Shown in pieces: positions 7,135-15,687 of a stretch of DNA of 24,000 nucleotides. A program made the translations under genes and the position numbers. Below the pieces are notes generated by a model that saw nothing but the letters and a program-made list of their open reading frames with translations, did not search any database and was not told the DNA's origin. Source of the stretch: Promethearchaeota archaeon (lineage in GTDB: Archaea > Asgardarchaeota > Lokiarchaeia > Sigyniarchaeales > SOKP01); NCBI GenBank assembly GCA_048941015.1, contig JBHLNZ010000021.1, positions 8,263 through 32,262 of the forward strand. The letters run 5' to 3'. Positions within the stretch are counted from its first letter, which is position 1. Every line of letters begins with the position of its first letter.

Positions 7135-9074
7135 CCTTTTATATAATACTCGTTATATTTTTCATAATTTTCTTTAAGTGAACCATAATAATCGATTGAT
7201 TTTTCACCAACCTTTACTTCATTATTCTCAAGTTTTATGGTGATAAATTTATGCCATTCAGGTGGTTCATTTTTAGGATAATCTGATCGGGTAAAATATA
7301 AATGCTTTGAGCTCGCTTTTCGTGCTAAACAGGAAAAGATTATTATTTTTGCATTAGTTATGATATTTAAAACTTCTAAAGAACGAATTAATTCATGTGG
7401 ATTCTGAGCATATAGTCTTTGCACTTCATTATCTTCCATATTTTCTAATAATCTCAATCCAATTTTTAATAATTCATCACTTTTTACTTTACCACAATAA
7501 TTCTGCATGATTCTTGAAACAGCCATATTAAATTCCTTCCATCCTAATCCATCGCTTCGATTGACGAGTGAATAAATGCGATCTTTTTCAGTCCTGACCT
7601 GTTGAGAATTTATTATCGATTCAGTAGTTTTCATGGCATAATCAGTAGCATGTCTCCCAGCATAATAGCCTGTAGCAGCAGCGTGACCATTACAATCTGA
7701 AGCGAATAATTGATCACCTGCAGCATAAAGACCTTCAAGGTTTGTCCTAAGGTTCCAATCATTTATAATTCCCCCTGGGAGCCCAAAAAGTTGGCGTTCT
7801 CGAGGGAGAAAAGCAGCGGACGTCCATCCTTCTCCATAACTTTGGAGTAAATCTTTATTAGGATCAAATCCAGCATCTGTATAATTCTGAAATATCGGAA
7901 TCTTTGATTTCCCTTCTTCTCCAACCATTAAATCCCAAATTGCTTTCCGTTCAAGTTCGGGCATATTTGGTAAATCTGCATAGAAAGGCAATTTGTATCC
8001 TTTCTTTAGAAGTTCTTCGAAAGGAATAATATCAGGTCCCTGAAATTCATATAAATGAAATTCGGATTCTCCTCCGCCTTTTAGAAAGAATTTTTGTCCT
8101 GGTGCAGGGTAATATCTTAAAGAAACAGTATTAAGAATATTACCGTCCCTATCAATCCAAGGTATTTCTTTACCATTTGCATCAACCATAGAGCAAGCAT
8201 ACCAAGTATTATGAGTATTACCGGTTCCATATGGTGGATAACTGCGTTCGCCTGACCATTGCCCCCTAATAGATTTCTCCATCATTGTGAACTCAACACC
8301 AGCTTTCCAACCCATTGCATGACCATCTCCTGTACATTGTAGTGGTCGAAATTCTGAAATTCCAGGTAATCCAGGAGAAAAGAGCCAAACTCGAGCCGGA
8401 CGAGCCATACATAATATTGTTGCTTTGGCTTTAAATATAAAAAACTCACCTGTTCTGCCATTTACACCTGTAGCTCCAATAACTTTTGCTCCTTGCTTAC
8501 CTGCTTCTGTTAATAAACTTGTTGCCATTGTTCTATCATATATTTCTACACCCAAACGTTTACATTCCTTATAAAGAGCAGGTTTAAAAGTTGATCCCCA
8601 TACTCGCAATGTAAATTTATTTTTATAATCATAAGCAAATAGAAATTTAGTTTTTTCATCTCTAAACTCAGCTGTTTTAAAAGTATCTTCTATATCCCTG
8701 ATTTTTCCACCCATTTTCTCCAAATCTAAAAGTCTTTCATAACCTTCTCGACATTCAATATAATGTGAAATTCCATTATTATAGCCATTATGATCTTTTA
8801 TCATTGCTAAAGTTAATTCTTCAGGGGAAATCAGTGAACATGGATTAGTAGCGGCTGATTCCCAGTGATCACAGCCTGATCCTCCAGCTCCACTTCTTTT
8901 TGTTGCTCCTTTTTCGACTAATAGTACTTTCACTCCTTTTCTGGCTGCTGCAATTGCAGCCCAACAACCTGCTATACCGCCTCCTAAAACTAATATGTCT
9001 GTATTTACCTCACTCTCTTGATAATACTTTATGGGATATGGCCATTCAAGTTTTTGAAAAAGATTTTTTTCCAC
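7131..9074 (-). CDS. FAD-dependent oxidoreductase of the SdhA/FrdA/AprA flavoprotein superfamily
   Basis: The N-terminal dinucleotide-binding motif is DILVLGGGIAGCWAAIAAARKGVKVLLVEKG. The C-terminal FAD motif is LYAAGDQLFA...GHAAATGYYAGRHA. At 647 aa and paired with a small ferredoxin, it resembles AprA/AprB-like pairs. Confidence 0.8.
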   Translation of the reverse strand: MEKNLFQKLEWPYPIKYYQESEVNTDILVLGGGIAGCWAAIAAARKGVKVLLVEKGATKRSGAGGSGCDHWESAATNPCSLISPEELTLAMIKDHNGYNNGISHYIECREGYERLLDLEKMGGKIRDIEDTFKTAEFRDEKTKFLFAYDYKNKFTLRVWGSTFKPALYKECKRLGVEIYDRTMATSLLTEAGKQGAKVIGATGVNGRTGEFFIFKAKATILCMARPARVWLFSPGLPGISEFRPLQCTGDGHAMGWKAGVEFTMMEKSIRGQWSGERSYPPYGTGNTHNTWYACSMVDANGKEIPWIDRDGNILNTVSLRYYPAPGQKFFLKGGGESEFHLYEFQGPDIIPFEELLKKGYKLPFYADLPNMPELERKAIWDLMVGEEGKSKIPIFQNYTDAGFDPNKDLLQSYGEGWTSAAFLPRERQLFGLPGGIINDWNLRTNLEGLYAAGDQLFASDCNGHAAATGYYAGRHATDYAMKTTESIINSQQVRTEKDRIYSLVNRSDGLGWKEFNMAVSRIMQNYCGKVKSDELLKIGLRLLENMEDNEVQRLYAQNPHELIRSLEVLNIITNAKIIIFSCLARKASSKHLYFTRSDYPKNEPPEWHKFITIKLENNEVKVGEKSIDYYGSLKENYEKYNEYYIKG

Positions 9075-9128
9075 TTCTAGTTTCTCCTCATCTTAAATTT
9101 TTTTAGATTCTATTAATACCCTTAAATT

Positions 9129-9965
9129 TTACTTTACGATGGTTCCACCGGCTCGTTTAAGGGCTTTGTTCAAAAATTCGGATTGAAACCCAGGTGTGTA
9201 ATTCATATATTTTGGTATTGGATATCTTAATCCAGCATTATGAGTTGATTCCAATCCTTCAATCATAATTTCTAATTTGCTGTTTGGAATAGAGAACATA
9301 ACTTCTGAATCTTCAGCTCCACCCCAAACTCTATCACCATTTCCTAAAATTACTAATTGCGGTTCATTGGTCAAAAATGGCTTAATAACCCCCTCATGGC
9401 ATGATCCTGCTCTTCCAGCAGCAGTAAACTCGAATATTCCTCCTTTTAAATAGAGATATGATTGGATTAACCGCATTGCTTGAGCTGGGTTGCAATAAAT
9501 TTGGACTACATCTGGCTCGATTTTGGTTCTGGTCAATGGTGATATAACCAAACCTAAAAATTCGTTATTTAGCAAGTATAAAGTCTTATTCCATTTCTCT
9601 GCTGTTTCAAGATCTTTTGTATACAAACCAACATTAAATTGATTTGAAAAATTTTGAGATTCTTCAGTAATTTGATCCCACCCATATACGCCCCGAGCTA
9701 ATTTGCATACACAATCTTCCTCTGTGATTGCCAATGTCCAACCATAAGAACGAACCATTTTAAAATTTTGACATAAAAAATTCTTTAATTTTAAATCTTT
9801 ACTTAGTCTTTTGCATCCTTCTGGGATTTCGTCTTTTTCTTTAATTAACTTTATAGCAATAGGGAAACTACTCGGTCTTATTAATCTTTCAATTTTTAAA
9901 CCGTATTCTTTAAATTTCGATAACTTTTTACTCATTAAATTACTCAACTCGAATTTAAAATTCAA
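9129..9965 (-). CDS. DUF169 (COG2043)-like protein
   Basis: The N-terminal FPIAIKLIK...C...C...G pattern and the size resemble DUF169 family proteins. It is first in the minus-strand operon with the flavoprotein and ferredoxin. Family assignment is from memory only. Confidence 0.45.
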   Translation of the reverse strand: MNFKFELSNLMSKKLSKFKEYGLKIERLIRPSSFPIAIKLIKEKDEIPEGCKRLSKDLKLKNFLCQNFKMVRSYGWTLAITEEDCVCKLARGVYGWDQITEESQNFSNQFNVGLYTKDLETAEKWNKTLYLLNNEFLGLVISPLTRTKIEPDVVQIYCNPAQAMRLIQSYLYLKGGIFEFTAAGRAGSCHEGVIKPFLTNEPQLVILGNGDRVWGGAEDSEVMFSIPNSKLEIMIEGLESTHNAGLRYPIPKYMNYTPGFQSEFLNKALKRAGGTIVK

Positions 9966-9989
9966 TTAATAAAGAGTATATGTATAAAT

Positions 9990-10025
9990 TAATTTAATTT
10001 ATTGAATTATAATTTAATTTATTGA
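9990..10025. promoter_or_regulatory. Two perfect 16-bp direct repeats (TAATTTAATTTATTGA) spaced 20 bp apart in a divergent intergenic region
   Basis: The copies lie at 9990-10005 and 10010-10025, between the divergently transcribed DUF169 operon (-) and nnr (+). The phasing is about two helical turns. They could be duplicated TATA-like elements or an operator. Confidence 0.3.
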
Positions 10026-10072
10026 CTAAAATCTAAAAGAATTTTTATAACAATGGTTTAAAATTAATTGTT

Positions 10073-11638
10073 ATGGAAAGATTTATTTCAGAAAGGATTT
10101 CATCTCAGGAAATGGCTATCTTAGATAATAATTCTGAGTGGTTAGGAATACCAAAAAGTCATTTAATGGAGTGCGCAGGATACTCTTTTGCTACTGAAAT
10201 TTATAAAAAGTTCAATTTAGACTCTTATTCAAAAGTTATTATATTTTGTGGAACAGGTAATAATGGAGGGGATGGTTTCGTAGTTGCTCGTCATTTAAAT
10301 TCATATGGAATAAAATCGATAGTGGTTCTAGTTGGTTCTCCTGAAAAAATTAGAACGGATGAAGCAAGACTAAATTGGGAGATTATTTCAGAAAGTCTAG
10401 AAAGTTTAATAGAAATTATAATAATTCATGATTCAACAGATTTTGAAGGGCTTTATAATTTAATCGAGTTGGATAAAAATATTAAATTATTCGTTGATGG
10501 ATTATTGGGAACAGGAATAAAAGGAATGATTAGGGAACCAATTGCCTCAGCGATAGAGTTTATTAATAAAGTTAAGGAAAAAGGTAATATAAAGGTTATC
10601 TCAATCGATATTCCTTCTGGTTTGGATCCAAATACAGGAAATGTTTCAGATAAAGCAATTAAAGCTGACTTAGTAATAACCTTTCATAAATCTAAATATG
10701 GTTTACATCCGAAAACAGAATATGTTAAAGAAATTATTATAAAATCCATAGGTATTCCTCAAGAAGCAAGTTTATTTGTAGGAAAAGGAGATTTATTGCC
10801 AACTTTAAAAGAAAGAAAAGTAGACAATCATAAAGGTCAATTTGGTAGAGTTTTAGTAATAGGAGGATCAAAAAATTACTCTGGAGCACCCGCATATTCT
10901 TCTCTTACTGGGATTCATTTTGGATGTGATTTAGTTATAACATATGTTCCTGAAGTAGTGGGAGATGTTATACGAAGTTATTCTCCAAATATGATCGTTA
11001 GAACAAGTCCAGGAGATTTTTTAGGTACATCTGCATTTGAAGAACTTAAAGAATTAATAGATTGGTCGAATACAATAGTAATAGGTCCCGGGTTAGGAAC
11101 TGAAAAAAAGACTGAAGAATTAATGGTAATGATCTTAGAAAAACTCAAGAAGGATAAAAAATCTTTCGTTTTAGATGCGGATGCCTTAAAATTAGTCAAG
11201 AATCATTTAGAATTAATTAAAAATCAAAATGTAATTTTGACTCCACATGAGGGAGAATTTAAAATAATGATGGATATAGCCTTGCCACCTTTTATTAATA
11301 TAGAGGAAAGGGGGAATATTATTTTCGAGACAGCAAAAAAATATGATCTTACTCTTCTTGTAAAAGGACCTTATGATTACATAAGTAATGGCAAAAAGTT
11401 AAAGATCAATCGAACTGGATGCCCTGAGATGGCTATTGGAGGAACTGGAGATGTTTTAGCAGGATTGTGTGGCTGTTTTTTAACAATTGAAAATGGGAGT
11501 TTTGAATCCGCTTGTTCTGCTGCTTTTCTAAATGGTTATATTGGAGAATTTTGTAAGAATAATATCGGTAATCGTTTTACCACAATGGATTTAATAGCGA
11601 ACATCAATGAAAGTATTTTGAACATTAAAAAAATGTAA
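10073..11638 (+). CDS. nnr: Bifunctional NAD(P)H-hydrate repair enzyme (N-terminal epimerase YjeF_N + C-terminal ADP-dependent dehydratase)
   Basis: The N-terminal half has GTGNNGGDGFVVARHL. The C-terminal half has HKGQFGRVLVIGGSKNYSGAPAYS and GGTGDVLAG. The length of 521 aa is typical of the fused form. Confidence 0.9.
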   Translation: MERFISERISSQEMAILDNNSEWLGIPKSHLMECAGYSFATEIYKKFNLDSYSKVIIFCGTGNNGGDGFVVARHLNSYGIKSIVVLVGSPEKIRTDEARLNWEIISESLESLIEIIIIHDSTDFEGLYNLIELDKNIKLFVDGLLGTGIKGMIREPIASAIEFINKVKEKGNIKVISIDIPSGLDPNTGNVSDKAIKADLVITFHKSKYGLHPKTEYVKEIIIKSIGIPQEASLFVGKGDLLPTLKERKVDNHKGQFGRVLVIGGSKNYSGAPAYSSLTGIHFGCDLVITYVPEVVGDVIRSYSPNMIVRTSPGDFLGTSAFEELKELIDWSNTIVIGPGLGTEKKTEELMVMILEKLKKDKKSFVLDADALKLVKNHLELIKNQNVILTPHEGEFKIMMDIALPPFINIEERGNIIFETAKKYDLTLLVKGPYDYISNGKKLKINRTGCPEMAIGGTGDVLAGLCGCFLTIENGSFESACSAAFLNGYIGEFCKNNIGNRFTTMDLIANINESILNIKKM

Positions 11639-11779
11639 ATTATCTTTTTTGTAAATCATTAGTATAAAACGTTGTACCCATAATTTGCACAAATTAATTT
11701 TTTAGATAAAAATTTATTAACATTTAACCTATTATTATAGTAAAGTTACTTTCAATATAATCACTGAGAAAATTTTTGG

Positions 11780-12643
11780 TTGAGAATATATATGGGTACT
11801 CAAGTTTTTCTTATAAATCCAGATGGAACCACAACTGAAATAAAATCTGAAGGGTCAATTAAAGATGTTTTAAAAACTGAAGATTGCTATGTTCTAGTTT
11901 CTGATGATATTAGGAAGGTATATCTATGGAAAGGATTGGAGAGCAATGTGAGATCAAAGTTTATTGGTGCCAAAAGGAGCCAAGAAATACGTGGACAAGT
12001 CGGTATGCATTATGCAGTTGTTCCCCAGGATGAAGGGGATGAAGAAGCTGAATTTTTAAAATTAATAGGCGGGAAGACAGAAGGAGGTATAGCTAAAGAA
12101 ATAAAAGCAGAACAAGCGTCTGTTGCTAAACCTGCCCCATCAGTTCACCCACTGAGGGAAAAGGATACTTTTGGAGCTCCAAAGCCAGCCCAAGGTATGA
12201 ATATTGCTGGAAGTAGAGATCGTATTGCTCAAAATACAGGCCCCTTATATAGAGGACAAGAATCTATGTCTATGCTCATGGAGGACGAGGTTAAAATAAA
12301 TTTTGAACAAATAATGCAAAAATTGGAAGAAATTAAAATGCCTGATGGATTTGAAAGGGAATTAATAATTATTGGAAATCATGCTTATTCAGTTGTAGAG
12401 AGAGTACAGACCTTCTTAGGAGAGAAACAAGTAACTAAAGAAATATCGAAGGTAGGAGCTGTCCCTGAGGGAATCTTTTTTGCTGAAGATTATTCTCCAA
12501 GAATTTTATCAGAAAATGGTAAAATTCTAGCTATAGAATTCTTAAAACGGACAACTGGACCAAAAGATACTACAGTTGAATTCAAATCTAAAAAAGAAAT
12601 TTTAAAAGATCAAATAAAAACTCAGCTTGAAGGTAAAAAATAG
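11780..12643 (+). CDS. Gelsolin/cofilin-fold domain protein with an uncharacterised C-terminal domain (1DGelX-like architecture); probable start at ATG 11792
   Basis: The N-terminal ~100 aa follow the gelsolin-repeat pattern: DCYVLVSDD-IRKVYLWKGLESNVRSKFIGAKRSQEIRGQ...VVPQDEGDEEAEFLKLIGG (compare gelsolin DxYIL / IYxWxG / xxE...A / EG-E-x-F). A ~60-aa linker of disordered appearance and a ~125-aa domain without a recognised motif follow. Confidence 0.7.
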   Translation: MRIYMGTQVFLINPDGTTTEIKSEGSIKDVLKTEDCYVLVSDDIRKVYLWKGLESNVRSKFIGAKRSQEIRGQVGMHYAVVPQDEGDEEAEFLKLIGGKTEGGIAKEIKAEQASVAKPAPSVHPLREKDTFGAPKPAQGMNIAGSRDRIAQNTGPLYRGQESMSMLMEDEVKINFEQIMQKLEEIKMPDGFERELIIIGNHAYSVVERVQTFLGEKQVTKEISKVGAVPEGIFFAEDYSPRILSENGKILAIEFLKRTTGPKDTTVEFKSKKEILKDQIKTQLEGKK

Positions 12644-12860
12644 TTCCATATTTTAATCCTTCTTTTATTTATTAAGTCAATACATGTTATTAATTCATAT
12701 AGATACATATGAACCACAAATCTTTTCATTATAAAAATAGCTAAACTTTAAAACACCTTAACCTATTAGAGGTATAAATATAAGTTTTTATATCTAAAAC
12801 TTTTATTTAATATTAATTGTAAAAAAAAATGATATTAATTAATAGCTAAGGACGCGTATT

Positions 12861-13250
12861 ATGAGCGATTTAACTCCAGAAGAAGCACATTCATTATCAA
12901 AATTTCTTGGGAATATTACTGAACATACTGAACTGGAGGCTCTTGCCTTAGTGACACGTGATGGTTTACGTCTTGCTTTTTCTTGCATTCCAGATTATGA
13001 AGTCGATCCGGATCTATTTTCAAGTCTAAGTGCTGTAGTAATGCAAAGCGGACAGGATGCTATTGATTCTCTGGGTTATACTCATTTATTGGAAGTAGTT
13101 TTAAGAGGCGCAGATGCTTTTATTATTTTGAGTGCTGCTGGGAGATTCTTCTTAATGGGTGCAAGTAGAAAAATTGAAGATTTAGGTAAAATTGTAACGG
13201 TTTTTAGATATTATGCTGGAGAAATCGGGAAACGCTACCCTCTAACATAA
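12861..13250 (+). CDS. Roadblock/LC7 (MglB-like) domain protein
   Basis: A 129-aa single domain. LEALALVTRDGLRLA, an acidic loop, LLEVVLRGADAFIILSAAGRFFLMG and LGKIV follow the Roadblock/LC7 longin-like pattern. Confidence 0.75.
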   Translation: MSDLTPEEAHSLSKFLGNITEHTELEALALVTRDGLRLAFSCIPDYEVDPDLFSSLSAVVMQSGQDAIDSLGYTHLLEVVLRGADAFIILSAAGRFFLMGASRKIEDLGKIVTVFRYYAGEIGKRYPLT

Positions 13251-13364
13251 GATTTGAATTAAATGCTAATCAATCTGAATTAAGTGATTTTGAAGATATA
13301 ATAATGCTAAAAAATAAATAATACAAATTTTTAAATTGATAATTAAAAAATATAGTGACGTGAC

Positions 13365-15557
13365 ATGAGCGAAATCAAAATTTTTGTTGATGTAAATGAA
13401 GGTACCTCAAATAAAGTTGTTATTTGCCAAGAGAACGCAAACAAGTTAGGACTTTCCGAAGGTGCTTCAGTTGAAGTTGAAAATCCTGATAATAATAAAA
13501 AAGCCACTGCAACTATAGAAATTTCGAATATGGTTTTAGATTTTGCGGGACAGGTTTCAAAGAATGTTGTTGACGAATTGGAATTTGATGGTATTGAATT
13601 AATTATTCGTCCTGTTAGTAGTACTGGTCTAGCAGCTCCTAAATTACAGATACCGAAAGTTCCAACACCCAGACCGATTCCTACAACCCAACCAGGAATT
13701 TCCCAACAATCATCATTAACTCCATTACCCACACCTCCGCCTCAACCTATGCCAACTAGGCCAACACCTCAACCTAAACCGGCACCTACACCACAAGCAA
13801 CACCTATACCTGCTCATCAACCAGTTCCAAAACCTATTCCTCAACCTATGCCTATGCCTACTCCAACACCTCCACCACAGTATACTCCAGCACCTCCAGC
13901 ACCTACACCAGCACCTATCCCTCGAGTTGCTCCAATACCACCACCCCAACCAACGTATGATCAAGCTCCTACACAAGACTATAGTGTATCTTCTGTTCCT
14001 GCAGAACCATACCCTAATAAAATAGATGTCTATATGTTGCAAACTCAAAAGAATGGTATTGTTCTTAAACCCGTTGTTGATGATAATCTTGAAGGAGGAA
14101 GAGTACAAGTGAGTTCTTCCGTTATTCAACAATTAGGACTTGCTCCAGGATTACTAATTGCCTGGGAAGATCCTTTAACTCGTTCTATAGGCTCTGCTAG
14201 AATAGATCAAGCAATGGTTAATCCAGGTGAGATAAGAATGAGTAGAGATACAAAAGAAGATACAAATATCCAAGCTCAACAAATTGTAATTTATTCGACT
14301 GAACCTCCAATTCATAAAGCATCAGAATTAATGCTTGAAGTTCAATCTCAACCAAATTTAATGGGTTATTGTTTAGTTGGGCCTCGTACAATGTATACAC
14401 TATCTATTAAACAAGATGATGTTCTTGCATTTGAGGATGAACTTACAGGGGCTATAGGCGCTGGTAAAGTGGAAATTTCGGATGCCGTTCCACCTAATAG
14501 TATTGTTATCGATAGTGAGATATTAGAAGCATCTGGTATAGGAAGCTTTGAAGTTAAAGTTTCTAAAAATCTCCGTCCTATTATTCCATTACAAAATATT
14601 GCTCTTGGTATTTCTCCAATTTCAGGAGAAAATATGTGGGAAATCATAAGTACTGCTCGACAAAATGTGGATTCGTTAAAAGGATGGTTATCAAATTATA
14701 TCATCTTTAAAGGAATCAAGTTGAGATGGAATGCGGTAAACATAGCATGTTCAATAATCAGAACGGTTCCAGACTTGACTGGGGATGTCTTTGCCCAAAT
14801 TACACCAAATACCGCAATAAATTTAACGCCCACCGGATTAATACCCTTTAATGCAATTCTTATTATTGATATTAGTAGGAGCATGATGGCAAGAGATGTT
14901 TATGTGACTAATATTGCTCCTGCAATAGAAGGAATAAAAGCAGCTATGGAATCTCGAGAAATTCAAGAATTTCTAAAACATTTCAAAGCTGGAATCAATA
15001 TCCCAAGAAGAATTTCAGCAGCTTTTGCAGCGGTTTTGTTTTTAAGTGAAAAAGTTGGGAGAGGTTTTGGTGAAAAGGTCTCAATTATAAGATTTGCAGA
15101 TGAAGCACAAGTATTACCTTTTGGTGGTGGTTTCTATATGGATTCTGCTAGTGGAAAGAAAGGAATTCTTGAAGATGCAGCACGTATGATCGTTGATCGA
15201 ATAGGAAATGCTTATGGACAAGCTACCAATATGGGTCAAGCTATGATTAAAGCTCATCAAGTTTTAGCTGAGTTTGAAAAGATGAGTCCGGATCAGCCAA
15301 CAATGATCGTACTCTTAACGGATGGGATCCCTACGGATGGAGATGATTTCTTCAAATCAGTTAAAGGTTTTGCTGAGAATCCGAATGTGGTCATTTATAT
15401 AGTTGGACTAGGAAATCCTGATGATGAATTAATGATTAGAGCAGCATCGTTATGTGGTGGAGAATACTTTAAACCGGAGGATGCAGGTGAACTATTGATA
15501 TGGTATTCTAAACGAGCAAGAGATCTTACAGTTAAGTTGAAGGCGCATAAAGGTTAA
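13365..15557 (+). CDS. Multidomain protein: Cdc48-N-like barrel, Pro-rich tract, two more Cdc48-N-like barrels (+ beta-clam), C-terminal vWA domain with intact MIDAS
   Basis: vWA lies at aa ~496-715: ILIIDISRSMM (DxSxS), QATNMG (Thr) and IVLLTDGIPTDG (Asp). There are three segments of the pattern xxVxVxxxxxxxLGLxxGxxVxx...G.A.I (aa 5-85, 233-312, 323-402). They are followed by LKGWLSNYIIFKGIKLRW...IIRTVPDLTGDVFAQITPNTAINL, which resembles the Cdc48 domain-2 beta-clam. Confidence 0.8.
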   Translation: MSEIKIFVDVNEGTSNKVVICQENANKLGLSEGASVEVENPDNNKKATATIEISNMVLDFAGQVSKNVVDELEFDGIELIIRPVSSTGLAAPKLQIPKVPTPRPIPTTQPGISQQSSLTPLPTPPPQPMPTRPTPQPKPAPTPQATPIPAHQPVPKPIPQPMPMPTPTPPPQYTPAPPAPTPAPIPRVAPIPPPQPTYDQAPTQDYSVSSVPAEPYPNKIDVYMLQTQKNGIVLKPVVDDNLEGGRVQVSSSVIQQLGLAPGLLIAWEDPLTRSIGSARIDQAMVNPGEIRMSRDTKEDTNIQAQQIVIYSTEPPIHKASELMLEVQSQPNLMGYCLVGPRTMYTLSIKQDDVLAFEDELTGAIGAGKVEISDAVPPNSIVIDSEILEASGIGSFEVKVSKNLRPIIPLQNIALGISPISGENMWEIISTARQNVDSLKGWLSNYIIFKGIKLRWNAVNIACSIIRTVPDLTGDVFAQITPNTAINLTPTGLIPFNAILIIDISRSMMARDVYVTNIAPAIEGIKAAMESREIQEFLKHFKAGINIPRRISAAFAAVLFLSEKVGRGFGEKVSIIRFADEAQVLPFGGGFYMDSASGKKGILEDAARMIVDRIGNAYGQATNMGQAMIKAHQVLAEFEKMSPDQPTMIVLLTDGIPTDGDDFFKSVKGFAENPNVVIYIVGLGNPDDELMIRAASLCGGEYFKPEDAGELLIWYSKRARDLTVKLKAHKG
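13635..14015 (+). other. Proline-rich low-complexity tract (aa ~91-217) inside the vWA protein
   Basis: The stretch reads PKVPTPRPIPTTQP...PTPPPQPMPTRPTPQPKPAPTPQATPIPAHQPVPKPIPQPMPMPTPTPPPQYTPAPPAPTPAPIPRVAPIPPPQPTY. It forms a local GC-rich island (CCA/CCT codons) that generates the spurious Trp/Arg-rich antisense ORFs 13343-13732 and 13725-14132. Confidence 0.85.
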
Positions 15558-15561
15558 AGCG

Positions 15562-15569
15562 TTTTTTTT
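15562..15569 (+). terminator. Oligo-T tract (T8), candidate terminator after the vWA gene
   Basis: The T8 run begins 5 nt after the stop codon and closes the gelsolin-Roadblock-vWA gene run. Confidence 0.35.
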
Positions 15570-15687
15570 ATTTTATCAATAATTTATGAATACGAGATTT
15601 AAATCTTCTAAATCCCTCAATTTAATTATTTTAAGAACCTAGAAGTCTAGTCCTTTATTTAGGAATGGTGCATAAAAATAAAATAAT

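Noticed and set aside
6838-9074. Calling the flavoprotein/ferredoxin pair adenylylsulfate reductase AprAB (dissimilatory sulfate reduction)
   Set aside because: There are no sat, dsr or qmo genes in the window, the gene order is opposite to the usual aprBA, and the small subunit (98 aa) lacks the AprB C-terminal tail. Only the superfamily-level call is justified.
13343-14132. Antisense ORFs 13343-13732 (-) and 13725-14132 (-), the latter Trp/Arg/Cys-rich
   Set aside because: They are shadow ORFs created by the CCA/CCT-rich proline tract on the plus strand (TGG/AGG on the minus strand). They lie inside a 730-aa ORF with a clear vWA domain.
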